IMG/VR virus record: IMGVR_UViG_3300020190_000007
Coordinates: 1 to 64,000 of that record
DNA from: a virus
DNA length: 64,000 bases
Strand: one strand, 5' to 3'
The stretch's first letter is position 1. Every line of letters begins with the position of its first letter. The notes beneath the pieces are model-generated. The model had not been told where the DNA came from and ran no database searches. It saw only the letters and a list, made by a program, of their open reading frames with translations. Made by a program: the position numbers and the translations under genes. Of this stretch, positions 1 through 9,096 are shown in pieces.

Positions 1-96
1 GTTAGAGGTAAATGGAACATGTCTGAATATGGTAATGAGTTATCTATTCCGATAAATGAACACGGAATAGATGTAAACATAAGAGGAATATATTAA
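1..96 (+). CDS. 3' end of upstream ORF of the sugar-modification operon (partial)
   Basis: Open frame from base 1 (VRGKWNMSEY...IRGIY*) ending 2 nt before the next ATG. Confidence 0.55.
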   Translation, partial: VRGKWNMSEYGNELSIPINEHGIDVNIRGIY

Positions 97-98
97 TT

Positions 99-773
99 AT
101 GAAAATTGTATTATCATTTTACACCAATGAAAAATTTCGTAGCGTTAGTCAAAAATTGATTCAATATTACCAATCAAGAGGGTTTAATGATATCCGTGAA
201 TTTAATTCGGAAAATGTAAAAAAAGGTTCTTTTTATGATAAGAACAAAGAGATATTAGATTGTGAAATAGGAGATGGACTTTGGTTATGGAAACCAAAAA
301 TCATATTGGATATTTTAAATCAAATAGAAGATGGTGATGTGTTGATTTACACTGACGCGGGTGATTTGGTTGATGTTGATTACAACACGTTGGAGAATTA
401 TCTAAAGGACAATGATTATTATTTTACAAATTGGGGTGGTAAACGGTGGCCTCAAAAAATTTGTACGAAAAGAGACTGTTTCATATTAATGAATTGTGAT
501 GAGGAAAAATATCACGAAACTCCACAAATAGAAGCCGGTTTTATTATCATAAAAAAAACAAATCAAATGATGGATTTTGTTCAAGACTATTTACATTATT
601 GTAGTATTAAACAAATAGTTGACAACGAACCAAACAAATTAGGTGAGAATTTTCCTAATTGGCAATTTCATAGAAATGACCAAAGTGTATTAACAAATTT
701 AGTCGTCAAACATAATTTAAGATTTGACTCGTCACTTGATTATAGAATTCAATATAACATACATTTACCATGA
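99..773 (+). CDS. Putative glycosyltransferase (GT-A-like; DUF1647-like motifs)
   Basis: WLWKPKII, IYTDAG and HRNDQSVL motifs; ATGA-coupled to the next gene. Confidence 0.6.
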   Translation: MKIVLSFYTNEKFRSVSQKLIQYYQSRGFNDIREFNSENVKKGSFYDKNKEILDCEIGDGLWLWKPKIILDILNQIEDGDVLIYTDAGDLVDVDYNTLENYLKDNDYYFTNWGGKRWPQKICTKRDCFILMNCDEEKYHETPQIEAGFIIIKKTNQMMDFVQDYLHYCSIKQIVDNEPNKLGENFPNWQFHRNDQSVLTNLVVKHNLRFDSSLDYRIQYNIHLP

Positions 774-1531
774 AATTTATCGCATTAAATTATAATTACG
801 ATTTAAATAAAATGTCCCAAATAGGTAGAAAATGGGCATATGAAGTTTATAAAAATAATAAATTTATTGTTGATTATTCGGCAGCATCATATGCCTCATT
901 TATAGATAAAAATAAAAATAGTGTTCTACATTTATACACAGATAATGTGAACCTGATGAGGGAAAAGATGTCATTTTATAATATTGACCAAGATAGAATA
1001 ATATATATTGATTATTCTAATGAATTACGTAAATACGGTAGTGAATTAAATTACAGTTTTACGGTTTTGAATGATTTTATCAATTATGCAAAATCAGAAA
1101 CTGAGTATACCGTAAAAATTGATAATGATTTGTTTTTTCATTCGGAATTACCCAAAATTGATGAAGATTCTATCATGGTTTGGAAATATGAAAGGATTGT
1201 TAAAAATGGAGACCCTAGGTGGGGTGAAATAAAAATTTGTAATCACATCACAAAAAATTTAGATTTTAAAATTTACAATTTAGGAATATTTGGCTTACCT
1301 GTTGGATACGACATTGAGTCCGCAAAAAAAATCATGGAGGAAATGATATCTGTAGACATATCGGATGTTACAGATGTCGATTCAAAAATATATCACTGTT
1401 GTGAGCAAACCGCAAATAATTGGATTTTTCACATAGAGAAATATAATGTTGTCGAAATGTACAATTATGTTGACCACCTATTTGACCGAAAAGGTGATTG
1501 TATCGAATTATCAAAATATCTATTAAAATGA
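770..1531 (+). CDS. Putative nucleotide-diphospho-sugar transferase
   Basis: LYTDN, KIDNDLFF (DxD), YNLGIFG and CEQ motifs; operon context. Confidence 0.55.
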   Translation: MKFIALNYNYDLNKMSQIGRKWAYEVYKNNKFIVDYSAASYASFIDKNKNSVLHLYTDNVNLMREKMSFYNIDQDRIIYIDYSNELRKYGSELNYSFTVLNDFINYAKSETEYTVKIDNDLFFHSELPKIDEDSIMVWKYERIVKNGDPRWGEIKICNHITKNLDFKIYNLGIFGLPVGYDIESAKKIMEEMISVDISDVTDVDSKIYHCCEQTANNWIFHIEKYNVVEMYNYVDHLFDRKGDCIELSKYLLK

Positions 1532-2295
1532 AAACATCAGTAGTATTAACAATCCACAATAAGGAGTTTTTGATGAATCAAGTGGTAAACAACTTGGTAA
1601 ATAATTTATCAGAACTGAATGACCAAATTGTAATAGTTTTTGATGGTTGTACAGATAATAGTGAAGGTATTGTTCGTGACATTTTAAAGAGTGTTAATAA
1701 TAAGAAAATTGATTACCTGTATGTGGATAATGTATTTGAAACCAAAGCCAATAATATTGGTCTAAAATCTGTTCTAAATGATTATGTTGTTTTAATACAA
1801 GACGACATGGTTGTAACGGAAAAAGATTTTGATAAAAGGATGTTGGTACCATTTAAAAAATATGGTGACGTGTTCGCTGTAACATCTTTTGTTGCTCACA
1901 ATAACATATATAATGAACAGACAAAACAAATAAACTATATTGATATTGCACATAAAGATAACTCGTCAAGGGATATTTTCTATGCTAGAGAATATGGTAA
2001 TAGAGGTCCGTTAATGTACAACTATAACGACGTAGTAAGATTAAATTTTTTAGATGAATATTTTTCACCTCAAAATTATGATGATATGGATATATCTATG
2101 AGGGCATTCAAAGAACTCGGAAAAGTATCAGGTTTATACAAGGTTGATTATATTTCTGAACCTGGATGGGGTACTACTAGACAAAAAAATCAATCACTAC
2201 ATAATAATTTAGTTTATATAAATGCAGCAAAAATCCTTGAAAAACACAGGGATTTATTGTATAATAAAGACAAATATAAAGAGGATAGAGAATGA
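1528..2295 (+). CDS. Glycosyltransferase family 2
   Basis: SVVLTIHN, VFDGCTD, LIQDD and YDDMD motifs; start moved to ATG 1528 (ATGA overlap). Confidence 0.85.
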   Translation: MKTSVVLTIHNKEFLMNQVVNNLVNNLSELNDQIVIVFDGCTDNSEGIVRDILKSVNNKKIDYLYVDNVFETKANNIGLKSVLNDYVVLIQDDMVVTEKDFDKRMLVPFKKYGDVFAVTSFVAHNNIYNEQTKQINYIDIAHKDNSSRDIFYAREYGNRGPLMYNYNDVVRLNFLDEYFSPQNYDDMDISMRAFKELGKVSGLYKVDYISEPGWGTTRQKNQSLHNNLVYINAAKILEKHRDLLYNKDKYKEDRE

Positions 2296-2909
2296 ATAAT
2301 TTAGAATTAAAAACATTCATGTTAAAACATAATGTTAATATCCATGGTGTAATTCACGTTGGTGCACATTTTGGTCAAGAAGATGAGGTTTATAAAGAAT
2401 TGGGTATTTCAAATAGAATGTACTTTGAACCATTATCTTCTAATTTTGAGACCTTAAAAGAAAAAATAGATGATGATGCTAGTTTAATTAAACTAGCATT
2501 AGGTAATGAAAAAAGAAGAATTCCTATGTTTGTTGAATCTTTTAATAAAGGTATGTCTTCTTCGATATTAGAGCCCAAATTACATTCTGTTCAATTTCCT
2601 CACATCGTATTCGACTCCGTAGAAGAAGTTGAAATGGATAGACTGGATGATTTAAATTATGATTTTTCAAAATACAACATGATGAACATTGATGTTCAGG
2701 GTTTTGAATTAGAAGTTCTTAAAGGTTCTGTAAATACATTAAACAACATAGATTATATTATCGTAGAAATAAACAAAGCCGAATTATATAAAGGATGTCC
2801 ACACTTTAATGAGTTAAACAATTGGATGATTCATCATGGGTTTACCTGTGTTGAACAGTTTTGGTGGGGTAATAATTTTGGTGAAGGATTTTTTAAAAAA
2901 GTAAAATGA
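2292..2909 (+). CDS. FkbM-family SAM-dependent methyltransferase
   Basis: IHVGAHFG, FEP, ALG, NIDVQGFELEVLKG. Confidence 0.9.
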   Translation: MNNLELKTFMLKHNVNIHGVIHVGAHFGQEDEVYKELGISNRMYFEPLSSNFETLKEKIDDDASLIKLALGNEKRRIPMFVESFNKGMSSSILEPKLHSVQFPHIVFDSVEEVEMDRLDDLNYDFSKYNMMNIDVQGFELEVLKGSVNTLNNIDYIIVEINKAELYKGCPHFNELNNWMIHHGFTCVEQFWWGNNFGEGFFKKVK

Positions 2910-3982
2910 AACGAGTACTTGTATTAGGTGGCGGTGGATTTATTGGTGGTCACCTCGCAAAAAGATTAAAAAATGAAGGGAACTATGTAAGAGTAGTTGA
3001 CATAAAAAGACATGAGTATTTTCATGAAAAAGATTTTTGTGATGAGTTCTTAGTTTATGACTTGACGGACCCAAAAAATGTGTCATCGGTTATGAGACTG
3101 GAAGAATCAAATGGTGTGATATTACCTTTTAATTATTATAAACAACCATATTCAGTTGAAATTCCTTTTGATGAGGTATACCAATTAGCCGCAGACATGG
3201 GTGGTGCTGGTTACATTTTCACAGGTGAAAATGATGCGAATGTTATGCACAATTCGGCTATGATAAATTTAAATGTTGTGAATGAATCGGTAAAAACTAA
3301 AGTTAAAAAGATTTTTTATTCATCGTCAGCATGTATGTACCCCGAACACAATCAATTAGACCCTAACAATCCAAATTGTGAAGAATCTTCAGCATATCCA
3401 GCAAACCCCGATTCAGAGTATGGTTGGGAGAAATTATTTTCGGAAAGACTGTACTTGGCGTTTTACAGGAACCATGGTTTAAATGTTCGAATTGCCAGAT
3501 TTCATAACATATTTGGTCCTTTTGGTACATGGAAAGGTGGTAAAGAAAAGGCACCAGCTGCGATGTGTAGAAAAGTTGCCGAAATGTTAGATGGTGGAGA
3601 AATTGAGGTATGGGGTGACGGTCAACAAACTCGTTCATTCTTATATGTTGATGAGTGTGTTGAGGCGGTTTTAAGGTTAATGAGACAAGATTCTTTCTTG
3701 GGTCCTGTAAATATTGGTTCCGAAGAGAAGGTAACAATTAATGAGTTAGCACAAATGGCTATTGATATCTCAGGTAAAGAAATCTACATCAAAAATATTG
3801 GTGGTGAGGAATTTAAACAGAAGTATGGTTACAAGTGTCCTGTCGGTGTTAGAGGAAGAAATTCTGACAATAATCTATACCGTGAGAAAATAGGTTGGGT
3901 AGTTAATGAACCTCTATTTTATGGTATGGAAAAAACCTATAAATGGATTAGTGAATTAGTAAATAAAAAAGGGGGTTATTGA
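2906..3982 (+). CDS. NAD-dependent epimerase, GDP-mannose 3,5-epimerase-like
   Basis: GGGGFIG, YQLAADMGGAGYI, YSSSACMYP, YGWEK, GDGQQTRSF. Confidence 0.88.
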   Translation: MKRVLVLGGGGFIGGHLAKRLKNEGNYVRVVDIKRHEYFHEKDFCDEFLVYDLTDPKNVSSVMRLEESNGVILPFNYYKQPYSVEIPFDEVYQLAADMGGAGYIFTGENDANVMHNSAMINLNVVNESVKTKVKKIFYSSSACMYPEHNQLDPNNPNCEESSAYPANPDSEYGWEKLFSERLYLAFYRNHGLNVRIARFHNIFGPFGTWKGGKEKAPAAMCRKVAEMLDGGEIEVWGDGQQTRSFLYVDECVEAVLRLMRQDSFLGPVNIGSEEKVTINELAQMAIDISGKEIYIKNIGGEEFKQKYGYKCPVGVRGRNSDNNLYREKIGWVVNEPLFYGMEKTYKWISELVNKKGGY

Positions 3983-3998
3983 CCCCCTTCTTTTTTTT
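3965..3998. terminator. Bidirectional intrinsic terminator at a convergent gene overlap
   Basis: AAGGGGGT/ACCCCCTT stem flanked by an A-run and a T-run. Confidence 0.7.
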
Positions 3999-4269
3999 CA
4001 ATGTATTTTAATATGATAGCCAACGCCTCATCATCCCCATCAAAATCTTTTTGAGGACAAAAAAAAGGTCCTTTACCCGTATCGTCTTTTTTAATATAAA
4101 AAGCGGGTAGGTACTCATTACCTGTTTGCTCAATCACCTTATTCCAAATCTCTTTATTCCTACCAACTTCGACTTCTCTGTAGGGGAGCGACTCTTTTTT
4201 GAGTCTTTCTTTTAATCTATTACAACCTCCACATCCATCAAGGGTAAATAATAATAATTCATTTGCCAT
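3976..4269 (-). CDS. Glutaredoxin-like protein
   Basis: LFTLDGCGGC (CxxC) and a cis-Pro-type YLP motif. Confidence 0.75.
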   Translation of the reverse strand: MANELLLFTLDGCGGCNRLKERLKKESLPYREVEVGRNKEIWNKVIEQTGNEYLPAFYIKKDDTGKGPFFCPQKDFDGDDEALAIILKYIEKKEGGQ

Positions 4270-4270
4270 A

Positions 4271-4576
4271 TTATAACGAATTTAATATTTCTTTATAGAA
4301 CCAATCGGGTCTAACTCCGGATGTTCTTGATACCTCATTATTACCGTTGAATATCATAACCGTGGGTACTGAACGTACTCCATATTCTTGGGAGCCCGAC
4401 ATTTCAGAATCAACATTAACTTTCACAAATTTAATATCGGGGTATTCGTGTTGTAGTAAGTCTAATTTTGGTAATAACATTTTACATGGTCCACACCATT
4501 CGGCGTAAAAGTCGGCGAGAACTTTCTCACCATTTTGTTTCATTTTGTTTAGTTTTTCAACTGTTACTAACTCCAT
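4271..4576 (-). CDS. trxA: Thioredoxin
   Basis: DFYAEWCGPCK, VRSVPT. Confidence 0.95.
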   Translation of the reverse strand: MELVTVEKLNKMKQNGEKVLADFYAEWCGPCKMLLPKLDLLQHEYPDIKFVKVNVDSEMSGSQEYGVRSVPTVMIFNGNNEVSRTSGVRPDWFYKEILNSL

Positions 4577-4580
4577 TTTT

Positions 4581-5654
4581 TTAATTTTTAAAACCTATTT
4601 GTTTTTTATTTTCAACTCGAACCACGTCTTCATCGATATTATAAATATCTGCAAGTGTGGTGGGTTTGTCAACCGTTTTTTTCTTACCTAAATGTTTCAA
4701 CAATTTGTTTGATTCTTCAATACTTAAAGGTTCAAATTTATGTTCACAAATCAACCTGCCTTTTCTTAATAAAGCTTGGTCAATTTTTTCTTTTTTCATA
4801 TTGAAAGTAGCAAGGATTTGAATATTTAAACAATCTCCAAGTATACCATCTGTTAGATTTAAAATGTTAGAAACACCAGCAGACGAGCCATTTAATTCTC
4901 TATCTGAAATTACTTTTTCCGCATCTTCAATAATCAGAATAGAGTTTTTATGCTCCATTAAAAACGGGATTATTGATGGTTCTGATAATGATTCCGCCAT
5001 GGTGGGCGGGATGAAAAGTATTTCCTTATCGTTTATTAATTTAGTTAGGTATTTGATATAGGAAGTTTTACCTGTGCCAGGGTCTCCATGAAATAATACG
5101 ATACCCTTATCATTATTTTTGTTTAAACGACTTATGATTGTTTCGTGTATTTTTACAAATTTAGAACCGTAATTCAATTTTATATTAACATCTGGTACAT
5201 TCAGTTCATACTCCTCAGTGTCCATGTGACCCATTTCGGATTTGACTAAACTTATGCCCCCCTTTTTTAATTTAACTTCAAATTCAGATATTTTTTTAAG
5301 GTCAAAATTTATATCAAAAATACCTTGTGATAAGGTATAATAAAATTCCAAATCAAATAATAGTTCGTCCTTTTCATATCTTGATTTTAACAAAATCGCG
5401 GTTTTATTGTCATTATTGAGAAGAAAAATCTCCGTACTTGGTTTATGTACTCTTCTTTTAGTGGTCGAATTTAATTCGCTTATAGGTCTGTACCCATTTA
5501 ATATAAAATAATCGACTATATTCGACTCATATACCTTATCTGACTTATAAAAAGAAGGTACTTCATCAAAAATGTGAAGATACAATTGCTTGGTTGGTAT
5601 ATCTGTACCATATGATGTTTCATAAATTAAATAATGTTTTGGTGTTTTTCTCAT
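4581..5654 (-). CDS. AAA+ ATPase
   Basis: Walker A GDPGTGKT, Walker B IIEDAE, IDQALLRKGRL. Confidence 0.9.
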   Translation of the reverse strand: MRKTPKHYLIYETSYGTDIPTKQLYLHIFDEVPSFYKSDKVYESNIVDYFILNGYRPISELNSTTKRRVHKPSTEIFLLNNDNKTAILLKSRYEKDELLFDLEFYYTLSQGIFDINFDLKKISEFEVKLKKGGISLVKSEMGHMDTEEYELNVPDVNIKLNYGSKFVKIHETIISRLNKNNDKGIVLFHGDPGTGKTSYIKYLTKLINDKEILFIPPTMAESLSEPSIIPFLMEHKNSILIIEDAEKVISDRELNGSSAGVSNILNLTDGILGDCLNIQILATFNMKKEKIDQALLRKGRLICEHKFEPLSIEESNKLLKHLGKKKTVDKPTTLADIYNIDEDVVRVENKKQIGFKN

Positions 5655-5655
5655 T

Positions 5656-5946
5656 CTACTTAAAATAAAATTTTAAATCTTTTGATTCGTAAAAATATAT
5701 TTCATGAAATTCGCTTTCTTCTACACTTTTGAAAATCATTAAAGACATTCTTAAGAATTCAAGTTGTTCTTGTGACAATTGAGGTTCCCCCGTTTTTTTA
5801 AAGTTATTTTCCGCCACTTTCAAAATACTATTATAAAATTCATTTTCATCTACGTTTGACAAAAAATATTTACCTACCTCTTCGTTATTTTTAAAATAAT
5901 TTTGGATGGTTTGTAGATATATAAGACTTTCGGGTGAAAAATCCAT
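5656..5946 (-). CDS. Hypothetical protein
   Basis: 96-aa ORF tightly packed in an operon. Confidence 0.75.
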   Translation of the reverse strand: MDFSPESLIYLQTIQNYFKNNEEVGKYFLSNVDENEFYNSILKVAENNFKKTGEPQLSQEQLEFLRMSLMIFKSVEESEFHEIYFYESKDLKFYFK

Positions 5947-5948
5947 TT

Positions 5949-6839
5949 TTAATAATTCATTATTAGCAACTCGATACCTTCGTTTTGAGTTCCGTCTTTC
6001 TTAGCTGCCGCCGCCTTCTTAAAAGTTTGTTCAGCCCACTTATAACCAGTTGGTTCAAACATCAATAATTGGCCGTTTTTACCCAACCCAATTCCATTTT
6101 CGGGAAACCAATCATGAAGTTGCTTAAATTCATAATACGATAAACTAAATTTACCCTGTATATTTTTAAGTGCATTAGCCAATCTCTCGTGGTCACCACT
6201 ATCAAAATCGTGATTTGAATAATAATTTTCTGTTTTCCAATACGGTGGGTCCATGTAAAAATATGTTTTTGGTGAGTCATATTTTTTAAGGACGTTTTCG
6301 AAATCCATATTTTCAACAAAAGTAATTCTATCTAAATGTGCTCGGTACTCGGGATGTTTTAATTTATCCATGAAAATTAAGACTTTACACCTGTACTTAC
6401 CTTTATAATCGGTGTAACTAGATGTTTCGGGTTTAGAACCTGAAAAAACTTGAGTTAGTACATATACATATTTAGCCGCAATATCAAAATTTGGTTCATC
6501 ACCAATTACTGTCTCATCCTCAAAAACCTCTTTTTGATATTTACGAAACATTTGTTCGTACTCAGGAGGGGTGTCTTCGATACCTAGCTGTTGACATGGG
6601 TATTTTGAAAGTTCTTCCCATAGTCGGTCGTAATTTTTAGCACACTTAAATAGATTTGCGTTCAAACGATTAAAATCGTTATAAACGACAGTTTTAAGAT
6701 TTGGGTACTTATTTAGGTCCATATTAAAAAATACCCAAAACATACCTGAAAATCCCTCTACATAAGTTTCAATGTCATTAGGTATGAATGGAACTATCCA
6801 CTTACCTATTCTAGCTTTTCCTCCAATATAAGATATCAT
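5949..6839 (-). CDS. DNA N6-adenine methyltransferase (Dam/D12 class)
   Basis: SYIGGK, YVEGFSG, YNDFN, YMDPPY. Confidence 0.9.
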   Translation of the reverse strand: MISYIGGKARIGKWIVPFIPNDIETYVEGFSGMFWVFFNMDLNKYPNLKTVVYNDFNRLNANLFKCAKNYDRLWEELSKYPCQQLGIEDTPPEYEQMFRKYQKEVFEDETVIGDEPNFDIAAKYVYVLTQVFSGSKPETSSYTDYKGKYRCKVLIFMDKLKHPEYRAHLDRITFVENMDFENVLKKYDSPKTYFYMDPPYWKTENYYSNHDFDSGDHERLANALKNIQGKFSLSYYEFKQLHDWFPENGIGLGKNGQLLMFEPTGYKWAEQTFKKAAAAKKDGTQNEGIELLIMNY

Positions 6840-6879
6840 GTATGATTTTTATTTACACTATTAGTCATGTAACTATAAA

Positions 6880-6908
6880 AATATAATAAATTTTTTTTAA
6901 AAATGGAA
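6880..6908 (-). promoter_or_regulatory. sigma70-like promoter for the methylase-redoxin operon
   Basis: TTCCAT-N17-TATATT; weak -35 box. Confidence 0.4.
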
Positions 6909-6923
6909 ATCTAGTTGTTCATT

Positions 6924-7091
6924 TTATTTAACGGGTTTAGATTTGGTATTTCCTCCTGATTTTCTTTTTTTTCTAGCGGCGCAATGTGCTTTTTGTGAGA
7001 ACCCTTTTGGGTTTTCACAATTAATGGTCTTTTTATACTTAATGGACCACTTCTCCATCACAACATCCTTTAATAATTCTATTAATTTCAT
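6924..7091 (-). CDS. 55-aa basic protein absent from the ORF track (probable late/head-internal protein)
   Basis: MKLIELLKDVVMEKWSIKYKKTINCENPKGFSQKAHCAARKKRKSGGNTKSKPVK*; TATTTAT motif 4 nt upstream. Confidence 0.8.
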   Translation of the reverse strand: MKLIELLKDVVMEKWSIKYKKTINCENPKGFSQKAHCAARKKRKSGGNTKSKPVK

Positions 7092-7095
7092 ATTG

Positions 7096-7102
7096 ATAAA
7101 TA
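7096..7102 (-). promoter_or_regulatory. TATTTAT putative late motif
   Basis: 4 nt upstream of ATG 7091. Confidence 0.55.
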
Positions 7103-7128
7103 CTTATTTATTACTTATTTTTTGTATT

Positions 7129-7293
7129 ATGGGATGTTCTAATTGTAAACAGAAAAAAGAAATGGTTCCACCAACAAAGGAGTCATTAGAAAGATTAGCA
7201 CAAAAGACAGAAAAGGTGATGTACGGCGCTTTTATTATTTTAAGCGTTTTTGCGGTTTACGGAATCTACTCTTTTATTAAAAACTTTCTATGA
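7129..7293 (+). CDS. Small membrane protein with N-terminal CxxC
   Basis: MGCSNCKQKK...C-terminal TM helix; start moved to ATG 7129. Confidence 0.7.
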   Translation: MGCSNCKQKKEMVPPTKESLERLAQKTEKVMYGAFIILSVFAVYGIYSFIKNFL

Positions 7294-7928
7294 AAAATGG
7301 AAAATACTTTGTAGTTTTATTTTGTAACAAGAAAAGAGTTAAAATTCTATACAGATGTCAAAAAAGGACAACTGTGTACGAGTATTGGCATGAATATAAG
7401 ACAGAGAAAAAACCAAGATTTGTAAAGACACAAAACAGAAAAAGGAACAACGAAGTGGTTTATGAACTGGTCTTAATTTTTCCCAACAATAGGTGGGCGA
7501 CTAAAACATTTGTCAAGGATAGTTTGGGGAGATTGATTGAGGCTAAGTACGAAGATGATAAATTCAGAATCAAAGAGATAATTCCTTATTGGAAAGAAGA
7601 ACTAATATACGATTTTCAAAAGAAGGAGAGAATTAGATATCATGAATTATTGGAACAAATAACATCTATAAATGAAATAGGTCAAATATTCACATTGAAT
7701 AATAAACTATTTGTTCAAAACGATAATAATATACTGTTGTTTGGAAATAAGAATATTGGTGACACTAAAAGGTTGTTTGAATTGATAAGAGAAGATGTTC
7801 TAAAAAAGAATAGTGGTAATTTCATATTCATAAAAGACGTATCAACCGCGCAAAGAAAATCTCTTTATCAATTATTAGAATCTAAAGGATTTAAAAAATC
7901 TGAGCTATTTAGACACTACTCTTATTAA
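7290..7928 (+). CDS. Hypothetical basic protein
   Basis: 212-aa ORF, ATGA-coupled. Confidence 0.75.
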   Translation: MKNGKYFVVLFCNKKRVKILYRCQKRTTVYEYWHEYKTEKKPRFVKTQNRKRNNEVVYELVLIFPNNRWATKTFVKDSLGRLIEAKYEDDKFRIKEIIPYWKEELIYDFQKKERIRYHELLEQITSINEIGQIFTLNNKLFVQNDNNILLFGNKNIGDTKRLFELIREDVLKKNSGNFIFIKDVSTAQRKSLYQLLESKGFKKSELFRHYSY

Positions 7929-8148
7929 AGATAATGTCAACTTCACCAATTTTAATTGTGAACGTTTTATCGGGTTTACCCATTTTTCCATTTTGTTTTT
8001 TCGAAATATAATCAAAAGTTTGTAGAAATTTTTCATTTTCTAACTCAATAACTAAGGTACTAGATTTTGTATCTAAGTTAATTTTTTCAATTAAATCTGA
8101 AATTATCGCTAATTGGTTTATTAAGTCACCCCTTTTTTCCATATCCAA
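7909..8148 (-). CDS. Hypothetical protein
   Basis: 79-aa ORF in a run of - strand genes. Confidence 0.65.
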   Translation of the reverse strand: MDMEKRGDLINQLAIISDLIEKINLDTKSSTLVIELENEKFLQTFDYISKKQNGKMGKPDKTFTIKIGEVDIIFNKSSV

Positions 8149-8338
8149 ATATTATAGATAGTCTTTTAAATAAAGAAAATTTTTCTTTTTTAGGTGATTC
8201 AAACATTTTGGTTTTATCCAACTTTTTAATTTCCTCAATCATTTGGTTCTTGTGAGATTGTATCTCCTTCGAGTCCCTCTCCACTTCTCGATTCAACCAA
8301 TTTAATCCCTGTTGTATTCTCTTGTCTTGCATCCTCAA
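8126..8338 (-). CDS. Hypothetical protein
   Basis: ~70-aa ORF overlapping its neighbours. Confidence 0.6.
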   Translation of the reverse strand: MRMQDKRIQQGLNWLNREVERDSKEIQSHKNQMIEEIKKLDKTKMFESPKKEKFSLFKRLSIIFGYGKKG

Positions 8339-8690
8339 TAAATGATATTTCTTTTAGTTTATCTAATGATTGGTGTTGAAACAAAACTTCTAACTCTTTA
8401 ATTTTTTGTTGTAAGAGTCTTTGTTTCTCTTCCATTTCTTTGTTTATTTTTATAATTTCTTTTGCGCAAGAAAAAACCAAATCATATCCATCAGCTGTCG
8501 CGTTACTTATTAACGAAATCAAAGTAAACTTCTCATTTTTATCTTGTACTTTATATTTGATAGATTGATATTGAGAAATAATTGATTCAATTTTCCAAGT
8601 GACAGGAAGTTTAATATCTAAACTTACATTATTATCTATTTCTCTAAAAGAAAAAAAATGTGGTCTTAAATGTCTTATGTTGTCAAACAC
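8235..8690 (-). CDS. Hypothetical protein with coiled coil
   Basis: 151-aa ORF. Confidence 0.7.
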   Translation of the reverse strand: MFDNIRHLRPHFFSFREIDNNVSLDIKLPVTWKIESIISQYQSIKYKVQDKNEKFTLISLISNATADGYDLVFSCAKEIIKINKEMEEKQRLLQQKIKELEVLFQHQSLDKLKEISFIEDARQENTTGIKLVESRSGEGLEGDTISQEPND

Positions 8691-8694
8691 TAAT

Positions 8695-8877
8695 TTATAC
8701 TATTAAAAATGTTATGATATAGGAAATTGAGAGGTAAAACAAAGTAGATTCTATCTTAGTTAATTTCAATATAGAGGGTTCTACTGAAAAAAATTTTATT
8801 AAAAACTCAATACAGAACCTCATTACATAAATGGTACTTAATACCATTAAAAAAATAAAAATGTAATTAACTATCAT
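8695..8877 (-). CDS. Small two-TM membrane protein
   Basis: Two hydrophobic segments in 60 aa. Confidence 0.6.
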   Translation of the reverse strand: MIVNYIFIFLMVLSTIYVMRFCIEFLIKFFSVEPSILKLTKIESTLFYLSISYIITFLIV

Positions 8878-9049
8878 GTTTTTTCATTTCTTGTAAAAGC
8901 TCCTTTCTATAAAGAGGAATCAATTCTTTTATTTCTTGCGCATATTTTCTAGCCCTTATAGATGCGCTCTTATTACCTTTTTCGAATACCTTGGCGGTAT
9001 CTACAGACATTTTTTCCACCAAATCTTTGATTTTTTTAATTGTGTCCAT
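8867..9049 (-). CDS. Histone H1-like (Hc1-type) protein, Bacteroidota-like
   Basis: EKGNKSASIRARK motif in a 60-aa helical protein. Confidence 0.75.
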   Translation of the reverse strand: MDTIKKIKDLVEKMSVDTAKVFEKGNKSASIRARKYAQEIKELIPLYRKELLQEMKKHDS

Positions 9050-9067
9050 TTTTCCGTTTTTATATAT

Positions 9068-9096
9068 AATATATGGAAAACAAACTATTTTTTCAA
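9068..9096 (-). promoter_or_regulatory. sigma70-like promoter
   Basis: TTGAAA-N17-TATATT upstream of the Hc1-like gene. Confidence 0.6.

Noticed and set aside
6943-7128. N-terminal extension of the + strand ORF 6943-7293
   Set aside because: TTG start overlapping the better-supported - strand 55-aa ORF; ATG 7129 preferred
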